Source: the human T2T-CHM13v2.0 reference genome, Homo sapiens
DNA length: 64,000 bases
Reading direction: 5' to 3' (one strand)
NCBI RefSeq assembly: GCF_009914755.1
Contig: NC_060930.1
The translations under genes and the position numbers were made by a program. Shown here piece by piece: positions 41,714 through 56,208 of this stretch (its first letter is position 1; each line of letters begins with the position of its first letter). The notes under the pieces are model-generated. The model made no database searches. It worked only from the letters and a program-made list of their open reading frames with translations, and was not told the DNA's origin.

Positions 41714-44357
41714 AGTCTGTCTCTACTGTCTCTCTTGCTCTTCCTTTGCGAAAGGAGGCTTTCTGCAATGTCAATCCAGGTGACTCACAGTGCAGTGGGA
41801 AAACACAAAAGATGCCGTTTCCAGCCAAGGAAAAAAAACCTTGCTCATTACTCACACCGTGATTTTCATCTTCAAAGCACTCACCAAGTACTAATTTATC
41901 CATCGCAGCCTTTATGCAGGGACTGCAATGTCATTTAATTAGAGAAGTTGGGTGGTCGAGTGGCTTAAACAATAACTGATGGCCAAATGGATGTGTATTT
42001 TAATTCCGCTCATTCATTCGATCTCTCCTGTCTAAATGAACTCAGTCCATTAAATCCATTAAAAAAAAAGTCATAAAAGCATAAGCTTTGTTTGCAAAGC
42101 AGCCACAGAATTTGAATGGAACTGCTGTTTAGAAATTCATCTTCAGAAAAAATGAACTTTTCTCCAATTTAAATAATCACTCACTCTCCAGATTTGCAAC
42201 TCACTCTTATAGAAGGGCAGAGGAATTGCAGATTCTCCTAATTCCCCCATCATTTCAGCTACACCTATTTGAAGGTCGGTGTACTTACCTGAAAGTATCT
42301 TTAAACATCCGCTTTTTAGACAAGCTGTGGCAATTGTCCCTTTCAAACATAAGAATAATTCTTACCCTGAGAGCAAGTTATACCTACAGCCAACTCCTGA
42401 TAGCAGCAGGTGGAACATCTGCATTTGTTTCTCTGCACCAATCTTGCTTTTGAGTTAATTCCCTCCCCTATGGATATTCTTACCTTTCTGTGCCCTTCCC
42501 CTTCCACTTAACAGGACCAAAATAGAGGTTTTTATCCCCTCCCTACCTTCCAGGAAAACATCCACCCAAACCAATTAATGACCACCACATTTCTAGGTAG
42601 CTATTACAAATAATAGAAATCAGGTAGAAGTGCACCTTCTTTCTCTGAGGTTGCACTGTGGCTTAATAAGGGCTTGACCTCAGCCTAAAGAAAGGGGGTT
42701 GGGGAGCTGCCCTGCTGTTCCGAGGCCTAGCCACTGGGGAGACAAATGAGAATTCTTGGCTTCCAGACTCATTCACATCCTCACATGCAATATAAAGCCA
42801 TATTCTAGTGACTGCTGCCCCCAGATGGGGAAGACTGTGTTCCACATAGAGTTTGTGAAGGATCTCACTCACATGCCATGCATATCAGCATTTTCAAGGT
42901 TTGAGAACTCCTGTCCCCTTCCCTTATTATCCTCTCAAAACCCTGTGCCATGAACATATGGCAGTTCAGTCTCTTTCAATCTCTGTCTCTGTCTCTTCCT
43001 CTGTCCTTCCTTTTTCCCTCCTTCCCTACCCACCCTCCCAACACATACACACAAAGAGAAAGACTGGAAACAGTGAGGTTTTCCCCATCAGAAGTAGAGA
43101 AATAGTTGGTGGGGCAGAGAGGGAGGGCTGGGAACTAGCAGCACAAGCTGGACTACATGACAAATGCAGCCAGATGGTTGGAGAAGATGGGAACAGAGAT
43201 CCAATATTGTGTGACTACAAGGAAGGAGTCGAACTGAGTGTCCCCAAGGTGGGAAGGGTAGGTGAGGAAGAGAAGATGAAGAGGCCAGAACATAAGTAGA
43301 TAAAGAAAAAAGAAAAATAGCAGACTGTTTAACTGTGAAAAAGGGCTGTAGTGAAAGAGGGGAGGAAATTGCAGAGGAGGAAAAAAGAATGAGAATTACA
43401 AGTGGCATGCGACAAGGAACTAGGTTAGGAACCCTATCTCCAGTCAGTGTTATTAACTCCATCTTCCATAAATCTGAGCTCTTTCCCTGTAGCGTTCTCT
43501 AATCCTAAGCGGTGATAGAATATTTTCTTTTGTACAAAAGCTCATTTTAACTAACACAATGATTTTGGAAAGAGAAAAAGACCCGCGGCCCAGAGTGAAT
43601 CCAACAAGACTTTTATTTTTTTCACACTGACACTGGGCACCAATGTGAGAATGAATTACTATGGCTCCCCCTCATGTAGGACAAATAGACCTTAGAATTT
43701 ATTTGTGGTACAACCTCCAACTACAAACAAAATCAATAGCTGAGAATTACAAACACTGGGGAGTCCCATGCTGAGGGATGGATTGCCTTAGAGCTAATGC
43801 AGGCTGGTAACACCCAGAGGCGATTAGCAGGCTTTTTTTTTTTTTTAACTTTCCAAATCTTTAGGGTGAAAGAGCAAGGACTTGAGGCAGTAAATGATAT
43901 TTACACAAAACTTTTTTAATGCCGATGACCTAAGGTTGCATTAGAAACACACTTGGCAACTACACAAACTAAATAGTGACAACAAAAAGGCCATGGTTAC
44001 TTTACCCTTTAGCTCCAGTCTTTGACAATCTGTAACCATTATGTACATTTCTGGCTGAAAAAAAAGCAGTGTTTTACCATATTTTTGCCCTCCAGAACCC
44101 TTCTGAACCTTCAAAATTCCTAGGAAATTGAATTTACAGCTTTAATAAACCCCTCTGCTACCCATCGATTAGATGCTACTTGACAATAAAACCACCCTCA
44201 AGCTCTTTCATCTTTCAAATCCTGGTGTTAAAAGTAGAGACTAGAGAAGCCAAACCAGAGACACACACCAAAGCAAAGACATTTCCCCCTAGTTAAGTTA
44301 AATCAATGTCCTTCCAATGGCATCCTTTGGAAAGGTACAGTTAAAAATACAGATGAA

Positions 44358-44651
44358 GTCTGGGCGCAGTGGCTCATTCCTGTAATCCCAGCACTTTGGG
44401 AGGCCGAGGCAGGTGGATCATGAGGTCAAGAGATCGAGACCATCCTGGCCAACATAGTGAAAACCAATCTCTGCTAAAAATACAAAAATTAGCTGGGTGT
44501 GGTGGCGTGCACCTGTAGTCCCAGCTACTTGGGAGGCTGAGGCAGGAGAATCACTTGAACCCGGAGGCAGAGGTTGCAGTGAGCTGAGATTGCGCCACTG
44601 CACTCCAGCCTGGAGACACAGTGAGACTCCGTCTCAAAAAAAAAAAAAAAA
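44358..44651 (+). mobile_element. AluS (Sc-like)
   Basis: Full dimer, poly-A; TSD aaaaatacagatgaa. Confidence 0.95.
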
Positions 44652-46064
44652 AAAATACAGATGAAAAGATTTCTCATGTACACTCATTATATGAAAGAAC
44701 CATGTTACATTAAGAATTATACTGTGTTGAAATATTCTCAGCTGTCAAGAAAAACATCTATAACATCCCAGCTACATAAAGCATTTACAAAAACACCTTC
44801 TAGAAATTGGTAAAGATTGTGAAGCCTGCCAAACAAGGCATGGTGGTGCCACAAGTCCAGAAAGAATGCCACCCGTGGGGTCTCAGAATCAGCTGTAACG
44901 GCAGTGCTCTCACTCACTCTCCTAGCCTTGAACAACATCTGCTTCTCAAATACAGACCTTCCTTCTGGCAGGAAGGGGCCCTTACCTCTCAGGCTCCATG
45001 ACTGAGTTAGTCTTGCTGTCACTTGTTACATGAGAAATGCAATAGCTCTTGAGACATTCTGTATCCATGGTGCATATCTCCTGGGAGCATGCCAAGCCAC
45101 CCAAATCCCAGTAATACCCCCAAGTTAGAGTCATCTCCATAATGAAGTGTGGGGCTCATGCACCCTCTGCATTGGCCACCCACATGAAGAACAGCTTTCT
45201 TCAGCCGCACTAAAAATGATGCATAGATGTAGATTTCCAAAGGCTATAGCAGCAAGATCACAGAAACCTTACATGAACTTCAGAATCTGACTTCTCTCTC
45301 TTCCTTGGGGCTGGATCCTCCAAAGCGATCAGATTCTAACATGAATTTCCAAAATGATCATGTTTCTTCAGGAAATGTCTCTTACAGGGCCCCTACTCAC
45401 CCTGCATTGCCCAGCCTTTTATTAGGCCATGAGGATTCTGGGAAAAATGCAAATTGTCTAGGAAATGCTCCTCTTTGCAGAAATAGTTTTTTGAAAATTA
45501 TATATGGGACAGAACCTGATAATAATCTATGAGAAGAGCCAGAATAGCCAAAGACATTTTTTTTTATTGATGAGGATCTAGAACAAGGCGATTGTTTCAT
45601 ACCAATCTGGTGCCATTTCACAATATGTTTGGCACTGCCAAACTCAGTCTAAATCTCAGAGGAAAAGTCATTAGAAGAAAAATGATTAAAACAAGCTCTG
45701 CAAAACAAAGCTATTTCTGTCCCTAGAGATGGTCCACTGTAAATGAACTGCCATGTATATAAAGAATACTCTGCCTGTCAGCACATATGCTTTTCTCTAA
45801 GAGTTATTAAAATAAGATCAATATTATTAGTGAAGCAATCAATGAAATATTTACCGAGAGAGAAAGGCAGTAAAGGACATGGAGATATGGGGGTAGGGTG
45901 CTATTTTAGGCTGGATGGTCAGGGAAGGCCTCTCTGATGAAGTGACATCTGAGAGACCCCAGTGGAGTAAGGGAGCAAGACCTAGGATCATCTAGGGGAG
46001 TGAGTTCCCAGAAAAGGCAACAGTGAAAACCCTAAAGCAGAAAGAAGCATATTTAGTTTGTTAG

Positions 46065-46250
46065 ATCAGTAAACTATGGTTCACCACCTGATTTTATCAA
46101 TAAAGTTTTATTGGCTCATTCATTTACTTATATATTGTCTATGGATGCTTTTGCTCTACAATGGCAAAGTTGAGTAATTGCAACAGAGACAGTTTGGTCA
46201 ACAAAGCCTATTTACCAACTGGCCCTTTACAGAAAGTCTGCCAAACCAAG
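46065..46250. mobile_element. MER58A-like DNA transposon
   Basis: aataaagttttattgg..tatattgtctatgg.tgctttt..caatggcaaagttgagta.ttgcaacagagac..ctggccctttacagaaa. Confidence 0.7.
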
Positions 46251-46719
46251 GAGGTGAATGTAACCTGGAAAGAGAGGCAGGGGCCAGATCACTTTGGGCC
46301 TGGTAGGATAAAACCACCTAAACAACCACCTACCTACTGAACAACATCCCCAAGAGATTAAGAGTGCAGATATTATTTACAAATTGAGGTCCAAAGGTTT
46401 CTTTTCACTGCCTCATTCTAAGGTACCCGTCTGACCTCTGCTTTATTTCTGGTCTCAGCCTTTTTTTCCATGTGACAGGGATGTACACATCTGAGAGGGT
46501 TCCAGGGACATATCCACAATAAGCCCAAACAAATGAGATTTAAGAAAATTGTAAAATGAATGTTCACAAATAATAATTATATGCTACAAGTTATTATGAT
46601 ACAAATGTGATATTTTAAACTGTATCATAAGACACAGTGAAACTACTGCTATAGACTATGTTTTCCAGCATTTTGTTTATTCAAGTAGAATTCCCTAGAA
46701 ATGAAATGTATTCAAAGAC

Positions 46720-46875
46720 CTTGCTATGCAAAGTGTGGTCCAAAGACCAGTGGCATCAGCATCACCTACGAGGTGGTTAGAAATGCAGAATCTCAGGCCT
46801 TGACCCAGACCTATTTAATCAGAATCCACATTTTCACGAGATCACCAGGGGATTTGGTGATTAAAGTGTGAGATC
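46720..46875. mobile_element. MER5A-like DNA transposon
   Basis: caaagtgtggtcc..gaccag..gcatcagcatcacct..gttagaaatgcagaatctcaggcc..cccagaccta..aatcagaatc. Confidence 0.75.
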
Positions 46876-48284
46876 CGGTTTTAATAGGGATTGGCTTCTA
46901 ATTACTCTTTTCTAAGAGATGGAAATATAGAATTTTAAATTTCAAAGAGGTTAGCCTGGTTTGTACTATTCATGCTAGTGACAACTGAATACAACTGAAA
47001 TGTTTAATAATAGGGGATTGGCTAAATAAAGGCTGGCACATTTATCCATACAGAAATATTATGCAGCTGTCAAAATCAATACTATAGGACAATAACATGA
47101 GAATATATTCAGAGTTAATCACTAAGTGAAAAAAATCAATTGTAGATAGGACTAAGACTAAAACAAATGTAGAGATAGGACTAAAGAACAGAATATAAAT
47201 GTTATAAACCTTAACAATAGGGTATAACTAATAAAATGAGGGAAGGAAGAGAGGAGGCATAAAAGGTAGTGGTGGTATGTTGATTTCATTATCTATCAGG
47301 TCAAAATATATCATTTAAGGCTGATAACTCAAGTAGTAGGTTGTAATTATATTTAAAGATACAAAGTCAATCAATTAGTCAATAAATCAGTAGAGCTGGG
47401 GGTTGGAAGATGGAGAAAAGTAGGAAGAAGGTGGAAATATAAATTTATTACACTTATTTTTTACAGATGTTAATAAACATTGCCTAAAAATATCAATTTT
47501 TAAGTAATCAATATAAAGTTAAAAATATAAACTTGAAACAGAAATGTAAACTTTCTAGATTATTGAAAGAAACACACATACACAGAAACAAAACAAGCAA
47601 ACACAAAAAACCCAGAGACCATATGGTAAAAGAAGCTACCTAAACAGAATAATATAAAATGTGATGAGATAAGCAAGACTTTCATAAACATAAATAAGTT
47701 AAACTCACCTATTAAAAGAAAATATTCTCACAATAGATTATAAAAGAAAGCCCAACTAGTCTTTATATACGAGCAGCATACCTAATAAAAATAATTCAAG
47801 CTGAAAACAAAACTATGGGCAGAGGCACATGAGGCAAATGCAAACAAAAAGTAAGCAGGGCTTCCAGCCTTAATATCAGATAAGAATAAATTCAGGGCAA
47901 AATGCAATAAAGAAAACAAAGAGGGCTTTGCATAATGATAAAGGGAGCAATCTATAATGAAGACCTTAAAAATATGCTTTTTATACATTTCAAAATCTAA
48001 AGTGCTAAAAAATACTACAATCTCATGAAAATCACTGATAAAAACCATAAATAAAACTATTAACAAACAGAATCTATCAGCACATCAAAAAATAGTACAT
48101 CACAATCAAGGGTGGTTTATTCCAGGAATAAAAGGATGGTTCAATATATAAATCTGTAATATTAATTGATTATATTAAATGATCAAAAAGAAAAACCATA
48201 AGATTAATTTCCACTACATTGAAAGGAGATTTTGTGAAATTCTACATCCATTCTTAATTTAAGAAAAACTTTTAAATAACGTAA

Positions 48285-48606
<322 letters not shown>

Positions 48607-48826
48607 CAGATGAGTAATTTCTTAAGATATCTGTTTGTCTGTCTATCTATTCACTACCCCAAAGCCAGGATCATGCTTAGTGGGAAATACTGGCACATGC
48701 TCATTAAAGTCAAGAGCAAAACAAAGATATCATTGATTACTATTCTGATTTAATATTTTTCTGGGTGCTTTAGCCAACGTAATGGACAAAGAGAAAAAAA
48801 TAAGAGGCATAAAAATTGGGAAAAGA

Positions 48827-49146
<320 letters not shown>

Positions 49147-51255
49147 CCCACAGGTAAAATAAGAACTAAATTTTACATTATTTGAAAAGGAAATAATTAC
49201 CTATGTGGCAAATCCAGGCAAATCAACTGAAAAATCATTATAATTAGTAAGAGAATTTGGTAAAGGACTGGTACAAAATTAATATACCAAAATCAATAGT
49301 TTTCATACACACATACACAACAACAAGTTGGAGGAAATAATAGAAGAAAAGATCTACTGAACTTAATAGCAAAAGATAAAATAACCAGGAATAACAGGGA
49401 ATAGTAAGATCAATATAAAGCAAACTTGAAAATGCAACTGAGGGACAGTAAAAGAGGCTTAAACAAATGGTAGCATACCGTATTCTTGAACAGTAAAACA
49501 ATAACTTATAGGTGCTTCTTCTCCTTAAGTTATCTGTAAATTTAATGTGAAACTAATAAAAATATCAAGAGAAATTTTGGGGACCTGGTCAAGTTAATTC
49601 TAAAGAACTCAGGGAGAAAATAAACATGTTAAGTGTAAGTTTTAAAAAAGAAAGCAAAAATAAGAGTAATAAAGAGGTGTCTAGCCCATTCAGATTTTAA
49701 AACACCCTAAAGAGCTACAATAATAAAAAGTGAAAAAGCTGTCAGATCAAAAGAACAGACCAGAAAGCCCAAAATAGATACAAATACACAAGAAATGTGG
49801 TATATGATACAGAAGGGTTTTAAATTAGCAGGAAAGAGATGGGTTATTTAATAAATAAACCTGAGGGAACTAGATACCTGAACAAATAGATGCCTGAATA
49901 AATAAAGCTGGATCCCTATCTGTAACCCCACTCCAAACTAAATACTATAGATAAAAAACTTAAATATAGAAAATGAAAGCAATGGGTAAACATGGAAATT
50001 TTTTTGCCGTATGACAAAAACCCAGGTCATAAAATACATAAATTTGACAACAAAAAATTTCCACACAGAAACAAAAACGGCAACAAGTTTGAACAAATTG
50101 AGCAAAAATATTTGAAATGCATAATTCAAAGAGCCAATTTTCTTCATTTATGAAGAGTTCCTAAATGAAATTTTAAAATTCCCAAGAACTCAACAGAAAT
50201 CACGCAAAAGCTAAAAGAGTTCACAGATAAATACAAATGGCTCACAAATTTATAGAAAGATGTTCTCCCATAATAAGAAATTTAAATTAAAACTATGAGG
50301 TGTCATTTCACTTCTCAGATATTGGCAAAGTACAGAAAGTTGGGAAAACACCCTGTGTTGGTGAGGATATGAGGAAATTGGCATTTTCATACATTGCTGG
50401 TAGGAATGTAAATAAGAATCACTTCTACGCAGGGCAACATCTATCAACATTTTCAGTCAAATATCCTTTTGCCAGCAAATCTAATTCTAAGACATTATCC
50501 CAGAGAAGTATTCCCATATGTCGAAATGACATATGTGCAAGGATATTTGTTGTACATTGTTTGCAACAACAAAAGATTAGAAACTACCTAAATATACATT
50601 AATGGAGACTTGTTGAGTTATAATCTATCCATACAATGGTACACTCTGTAGCTGTGAAAAAGCAGGAAGCAGCTCTATTTGTGCTGATGTAATTATTAAG
50701 AAATATTGTTTGCTCAAAAAGCAAGAGGCACTCAATATTCCTTTCTGGAATTGCCTCTCATCAATTCCTTTTATTTGTTCCTAAACATCCAAGTCTTCAG
50801 AATGCATCCAAGCTTGTTATTCTCCTTCATGATTATCACCTTTCTCCCAGGTGGTTTTCTCTGACCAAAATGCTACTTTTTGCCCCCACCTTCTTTTTTG
50901 GGGGAGTACCTAGTCCTCCTTTAAACTCAGCACAGTGTCATTGCCTCCAGGAAGCCTTTCCTGACCTGTGATTTAAGATCCTCTTTTGATGCTGTGGTCC
51001 TCGTTCAGACGACATACTCAGTGTGGCTTACCACACTGCACTGTAACTGTCTGGTTATTGGCTACCTCCCCCATTTGCTGTGAGCTCCTTGAGAAAAGGA
51101 ACCTTGTCTGCCTTATGTCTGTATGAGCTACGCCCAGCACCAGGACTGGCAAAGTTTAGATGCTCTGTAAATGGATAGATGGATGGATGAATGAATGACA
51201 TAGATAATCTACTCCCCACCATAGCGTGGATGATCTTTTAGAAATGAAAATTGGG

Positions 51256-51523
51256 GGCCGGCTGCAGTGGCTTATGCCTGTAATCCCAACACTTTGAGAA
51301 GCCGAGGTGGGCAGATCACCTGAAGCCAGGAGTTTGAGACCAGGCAGGCCAGCATATAGTGAAACCCCATCTCTACTAAAAATACGAAAATTAGCTGGGT
51401 GTTGTGGCACATGCCTGTAGTCCCAGCTACTTGGGAAGCTGAGGCAGGAGAATTGCTTGAACCTGGGAGGCAGATCATGCTACTGCACTCCAGCCTGGGT
51501 GACAGAGTGAGACTCTGTCTCTC

Positions 51524-51548
<25 letters not shown>
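51256..51548 (+). mobile_element. AluS with a short right-arm deletion
   Basis: Dimer lacks the ggttgcagtgagccga segment (reads gggaggcagatcatg); long poly-A. Confidence 0.93.
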
Positions 51549-51554
<6 letters not shown>

Positions 51555-52064
51555 TGGATCATATCACTCCCTTACATAAAAACTTCAAATGCACATAAAT
51601 AAAACTCAAACTCCTAAGAAAGAAAAAGAAAGCAAGGGAAAGAATAGCGTGTTTAGAATGGTGTCATTTGCAGGCTTGAGAAAGAACAAACATGGCAGGG
51701 TGGAGGGAGATGTTCTCACTATACACCCCATGTACCTCTTGGCTTCTAAAATATATGCATAGAAGTACAACAATATTTTATTCCTTCCTGTATTTCCAAA
51801 ATGTTCTAAAATGAGCATGTACTTCTTGTTGTAATCATTTAGAGAAAACCTCAAAAATAAAGGACTTAATTTCCACGTAGTCTTTGGAGTTAGCTCCTCA
51901 TTGTTTTAAAGCTATGTTTCTTCTTCTCTCGCTTTGGTGTTCCAAACGAACAGTTTGAAAAATAGCAAGCCTCATTGCTCCCTTTAAAAATGCACACCAA
52001 TTTTCTTTGCTTGGATCTAATAATCACTAAATTTTCTTCCTATTTTAACATTTATTGTTTACGT

Positions 52065-52240
52065 CAGCGGCTCTTAATCTTTATTGTGCCAGAGATCACA
52101 CCTGGGAGGCTGTTAAAATGCAGATTCTCAGGATTCTACCCTCAGACATTCTGAGTCAGTGGGGGCCCTGGAATCTGCATTTTAACATTACTACAGGAGA
52201 TTCCTATGCAGGTGCGTGGTCTGTAGACCATACTTTTCAA
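52065..52240. mobile_element. MER5-like DNA transposon
   Basis: atcacacctgggag.ctgttaaaatgcagattctc..ggaatctgcattttaaca..gcaggt..ggtctgtagaccatacttt. Confidence 0.7.
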
Positions 52241-52888
52241 AACGTTCATCCATGACTTGTTAAGGAAAGAGTATTTTTCACATAGAAGTGAAAATCCTAT
52301 ATAGTATAGAATTTAGGACTGCAAGTGATCTCTCCCTTGAACACACACACACACACCTTACACCTTTATAAACATTCACATTATGTCCTGTACTTTATAA
52401 TACAGTTTGTGTGCACTCATCTTGTCTTCTCTCTCAGATTTTTGAGAATGGGATCCAAGTCTTTATGTAGCCTAGTGCTCCAAAGTTGTGAAATAAAATT
52501 ATGTGTGATAGAAACCAAAGCATATGGTTCAAAAGTTACTTTCTTTGGCTTAGGGAGTTGGTTTTCTCTGCCAACTATGTAAATTCTTAGTCATTCCACC
52601 TCCCCTTCCCGCAAAGCTTAGCTATGTGCAAGCAACTGTAACACTGCCTGCTAAGTCTAGAGAGGGGCTGCTGTTTTATTTTAAAATACATATATAAATC
52701 ACTTCTGGTAGCTTTCTATGCCTTTCCCAGGACCTCTGATGGGCCCTTTCCTCTGTGAGTTTTAAACTGAAAAAAACATCTGAAAAAGCAGCACAAGCGG
52801 TTGAGATAAACATCCCAGAGGGTTTTCCACATTACGTAAATTTTCAAGTGTGATGTGAAGGGACCCGTGAGGTATAGTGGCAGCTCTA

Positions 52889-52907
52889 CGCCACCGCCTG
52901 GCGGCAA
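52889..52907 (-). promoter_or_regulatory. Candidate CTCF site between the convergent genes
   Basis: Minus strand TTGCCGCCAGGCGGTGGCG resembles the CTCF core CCACCAGGGGGCGC; locally retained CpGs. Confidence 0.45.
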
Positions 52908-54504
52908 CATGCTTCATGACATCCCAACCCCACCCCTGCATCCCCGGGCTCTTAGGGACGCTCATCCTATGCAGGAGCTCATATGTGTGTGTCCCCAGCA
53001 GCGCCAAATCCAGGGCATCTACAAATATTTGCTGGTATGAGTGGCAGGAACTAAAAACACACAGCTCGAATTTTGATGTCTTCTGCCCAACTGAGGGTCA
53101 CTGGTTCTTTCAATTCTGTAACTTTCTAAGATTTTGCAGCACAGAGCTTTTTGATTGACGCACAGATCAGTCAAAAGGCAAATGTGAAAGACAGCCTATA
53201 CTCAAAGCATAACTCTAATAGCACAAAATACACATGCCTAAGTCATCACTGGCAAAGCTCCAAAGCTTTTGAGAAAGATCATTATACCCATCCACAGGGC
53301 CACTCACCCCCACCCAAACCTGAAACACTTAGAATAGGTCAGGGCTAGCATGAAAGTGATTGAGTCCCAGAGGTATAGCTCAATGACTTGGCCTAAAGAG
53401 CAGAGAGAAAAGAGAACTGAGTAAAGGTTTACCAGTGTGAAGGATGCTCACATAGGCCTCCAGGGACTCCACATCCACTGAGATTAGGAGACAAAATAAC
53501 CCCAGATGGCGGGGATGGGGGTGGCAAAAGTTCTTTCAGTAAACATAAAGAACTTCCTAGGAAGTACCTGGAATCTTCTTTAGGGGTTCACTAGAAACAA
53601 ATTATCTTTAGTTGGGAATAAATGATGGCCCTGCCCAAGGTTGGGGGTGGGGAACACACTTGATGGTATTTTGGGGTCCCTTCCAACTTTAGATGTAGAG
53701 TCTTGTTGAACAGTCCCTATCAATAGGCAAGATGGGATAATGTGAATAAAAGCAAAAACCAAGTTACTTGTTAGACTTGGACACAAACGACTTCACTCGT
53801 GTATAAAGCTATCACAGTGACTGCATCTACCTCTGGGATTTCAAGTTCCCTGATGACAGAAGAATCCTTTAATGGAAGCTGCATGCTGGGTTAATGGTCA
53901 GGCTGTGAGTGGAAATTCTGAGATCAATAGGCCTAAATTCGGAAAATCAAGGCTGCACCTAAAACCTAATGGTCTGATCAGAGCACCAAATACTTATTGT
54001 TCTTTCTTCTTCTCCCTGCCAGGCCATTAATTGATTCACACACTATTTTTCCTAGAAGTTAATGCCATCATTACATGCACCTTTGGTAAGAGGTTAGAAG
54101 TGACAAATTGTTCACAGAAAATCTCATGCAAGATGGGTTTGAGGCAATCTAGACTCCACCTCAAAAACAGCTGCATTTCAAAAATCACTACTGAGGTCCA
54201 CCCATAGGTCAAGTCTCATGCGTGCTTAAGTCTTTACCCCACTGGGATTACTAATTGGATCAAACCTAATTCAGAGTTACAGGCATTTTGTTTTAGGGGA
54301 AAGTCTGAATTATATGTTTTTAAAATACAAATTAGTTCTTTCCTACAGCAATGCTTACTGCCCTGAGCACTGCAGTAAAACTTAAGATTAGGGAATTACT
54401 CCCTTGTATGGGGCTTTTATGAAACAGAAAAGCCCAAGGAAAGTATCAAGAAAATTAAGAAAGCCCTAAGAAAATAAATCAGTCAACAAAATTGTATCTT
54501 AAAT

Positions 54505-55863
54505 ACAATCAAAACTTCATGTTTAATAGGGATTCATCTGTTTCCCATACTTTTTACATGTTCAGTTCAGACAGAACTCATGGAAGAAAAGACTTTTCTG
54601 TGAGATAGAACAGACCATCTGCTTGACCGGATGGCTCTGAGGGACAGCCAAACTCCCAATGGCCAAAGGGCTGTGAGGAAGGGCAACACGTATCAGAAGA
54701 ATTTTCAGCAAGGGCTGAAACACAGTAAGGTTAGCCACAAAATGGAATGAGAGAAGCCCTAACCCAATGGGAGTTTGCCTAATTTTAATGAACCCAAACT
54801 CTAACATTGTACTGGAAAAGCAGCATTAAAATCCAGCCTGATTATCACAATTTACAGAATTTCTCACCAGAGGCCCACAGGTGAAAAAGCTGCTTACTCT
54901 AAAGCCCTTAGAACCGTATTGTGAACTGCGCATGCGAGGGATCTAGGTTGCGTGCTCCTTATGAGACTCTAATGCCTGATGATCTGAGGTGGAAGTTTCA
55001 TCCTCCACCACCACCCCGTCCATGGAAAAACTGTGTTCCACAAAACTGGTCCCTGGTGCCAAAAAGGTTAGGGACTGCTGCTTTAGAATATAAGAAACAA
55101 CTCAAGCAGCCAACGGGTCTGGAGTTAACACTTCCAGCCCTCCCCTTTGTACACACTCAACACTTCTTGCTGAACTGGCCGTTAATAACCACTTGTGAAA
55201 TCCCTCCCCACACCTGCACTTAGGCGTTTGTCTCTTCCTACCTTCCTTTACTGAGTAGTGGCAAAATAATAGGAGAGTGGAAGATGGTGATGGGCAATGA
55301 AGAGGGACCTATTTCTGAAGAGGAGATGTTTTAAAGGTATTTTATTTTTCAATACCAGTAATGACTGAAAATTAAAGAATTAAAGCAGGAAGCAAAACAA
55401 AAACAAACAAGAAACCCAAAACTTGCAACCTAAACTCTCCGGGAAAAAAAAAATTGCTATAAATGTTAAAAGACTTAAAGAGAACATTGACAATGCAGCC
55501 CTGATGTACCTAATCATACTTCAAACTGCTGGATGTTTTAAGCTGAGAATCTCCCCAGTGCCTTTCTAGTGCTCTAAAATCATCTCCCAAACAGATGAGA
55601 AATGAAACAAACAGGTCTCCCTTCTTGAGTACATAATTTTTATAAATTGCGTCGGACCCACAGTGAATGTATTTTAGAGAGTTTCACCAAAACTATCAAA
55701 GATCAAATGGCAGCAAAAGATCAGGGAAAGAAGGTAGAAAAACTATGCAGTCACAGAGCTAACCCGCAAGCTGCCCTTAGTCCTATACACCTGAAATCAA
55801 ATCCATAGCCAATGGTGAGGAAGACCACATCAGAGGTTAGCTGCATGACAGCACAGCTGGGTC
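54505..55863 (-). other. SAYSD1: SAYSD1 3'UTR (end approximate)
   Basis: Downstream of TAG; candidate ATTAAA on the minus strand at 54527-54522, followed by a T-rich element. Confidence 0.6.
54910..55082. mobile_element. MER1B-like fragment in the SAYSD1 3'UTR
   Basis: attgtgaactgcgcatgcgagggatctaggttgcgtgctccttatgag..ctaatgcctgatgatctgagg..ggtccctggtgccaaaaaggtt. Confidence 0.8.
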
Positions 55864-56208
55864 CTATCTCCCTGCCAGGGGTCTCAACTGTAACTCGCGC
55901 TCCAACTGCTCTGCAGTCAGGGTGCCCTGGATGGCTTCACAGCCTGGATTGAACACAGAGTAGGCGCTCTTCTCTCCCTCTTTCTTCTCTTCAGGGCCTC
56001 GTGTCCCGACGTACATCCAATAGAACAAGGACAGGACAAAATATGCCAGGCCAAATTCCAGTTCCACAAACAGTCCCAGCAGGACCAACCAGAGAAGAAC
56101 CTTCAAGAAGGTGATATTGGTCAGGAAAGACTGGTCCCAGCACGACGGCAGAGGAATGGCTGTGTTCCATGGTGTCTCTGATGTGCTGCCCTGGGGCTGA
56201 GCCGCTTC
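55864..56208 (-). CDS. SAYSD1: SAYSD1 last coding exon (SAYSvFN-motif membrane protein)
   Basis: Minus strand reads EAAQPQGSTSETPWNTAIPLPSCWDQSFLTNITFLKVLLWLVLLGLFVELEFGLAYFVLSLFYWMYVGTRGPEEKKEGEKSAYSVFNPGCEAIQGTLTAEQLERELQLRPLAGR*; acceptor cctag at 56210-09 after a T-rich tract; 345 nt; exon 1 lies beyond the window end. Confidence 0.96.
   Translation of the reverse strand, partial: EAAQPQGSTSETPWNTAIPLPSCWDQSFLTNITFLKVLLWLVLLGLFVELEFGLAYFVLSLFYWMYVGTRGPEEKKEGEKSAYSVFNPGCEAIQGTLTAEQLERELQLRPLAGR

Larger units (their letters stand above)
36497..41730 (+). other. GLP1R: GLP1R long 3'UTR (end approximate)
   Basis: Follows the stop codon; AATAAA at 41708-41713 with T/C-rich sequence downstream. 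Length fits my recollection of the long GLP1R mRNA. A proximal AATAAA is at 38475-38480. Confidence 0.7.

Noticed and set aside
54491-54509. Hairpin ATTGTAT-cttaa-ATACAAT near the inferred SAYSD1 cleavage site
   Set aside because: A 7-bp AT-rich stem is unstable and common by chance.
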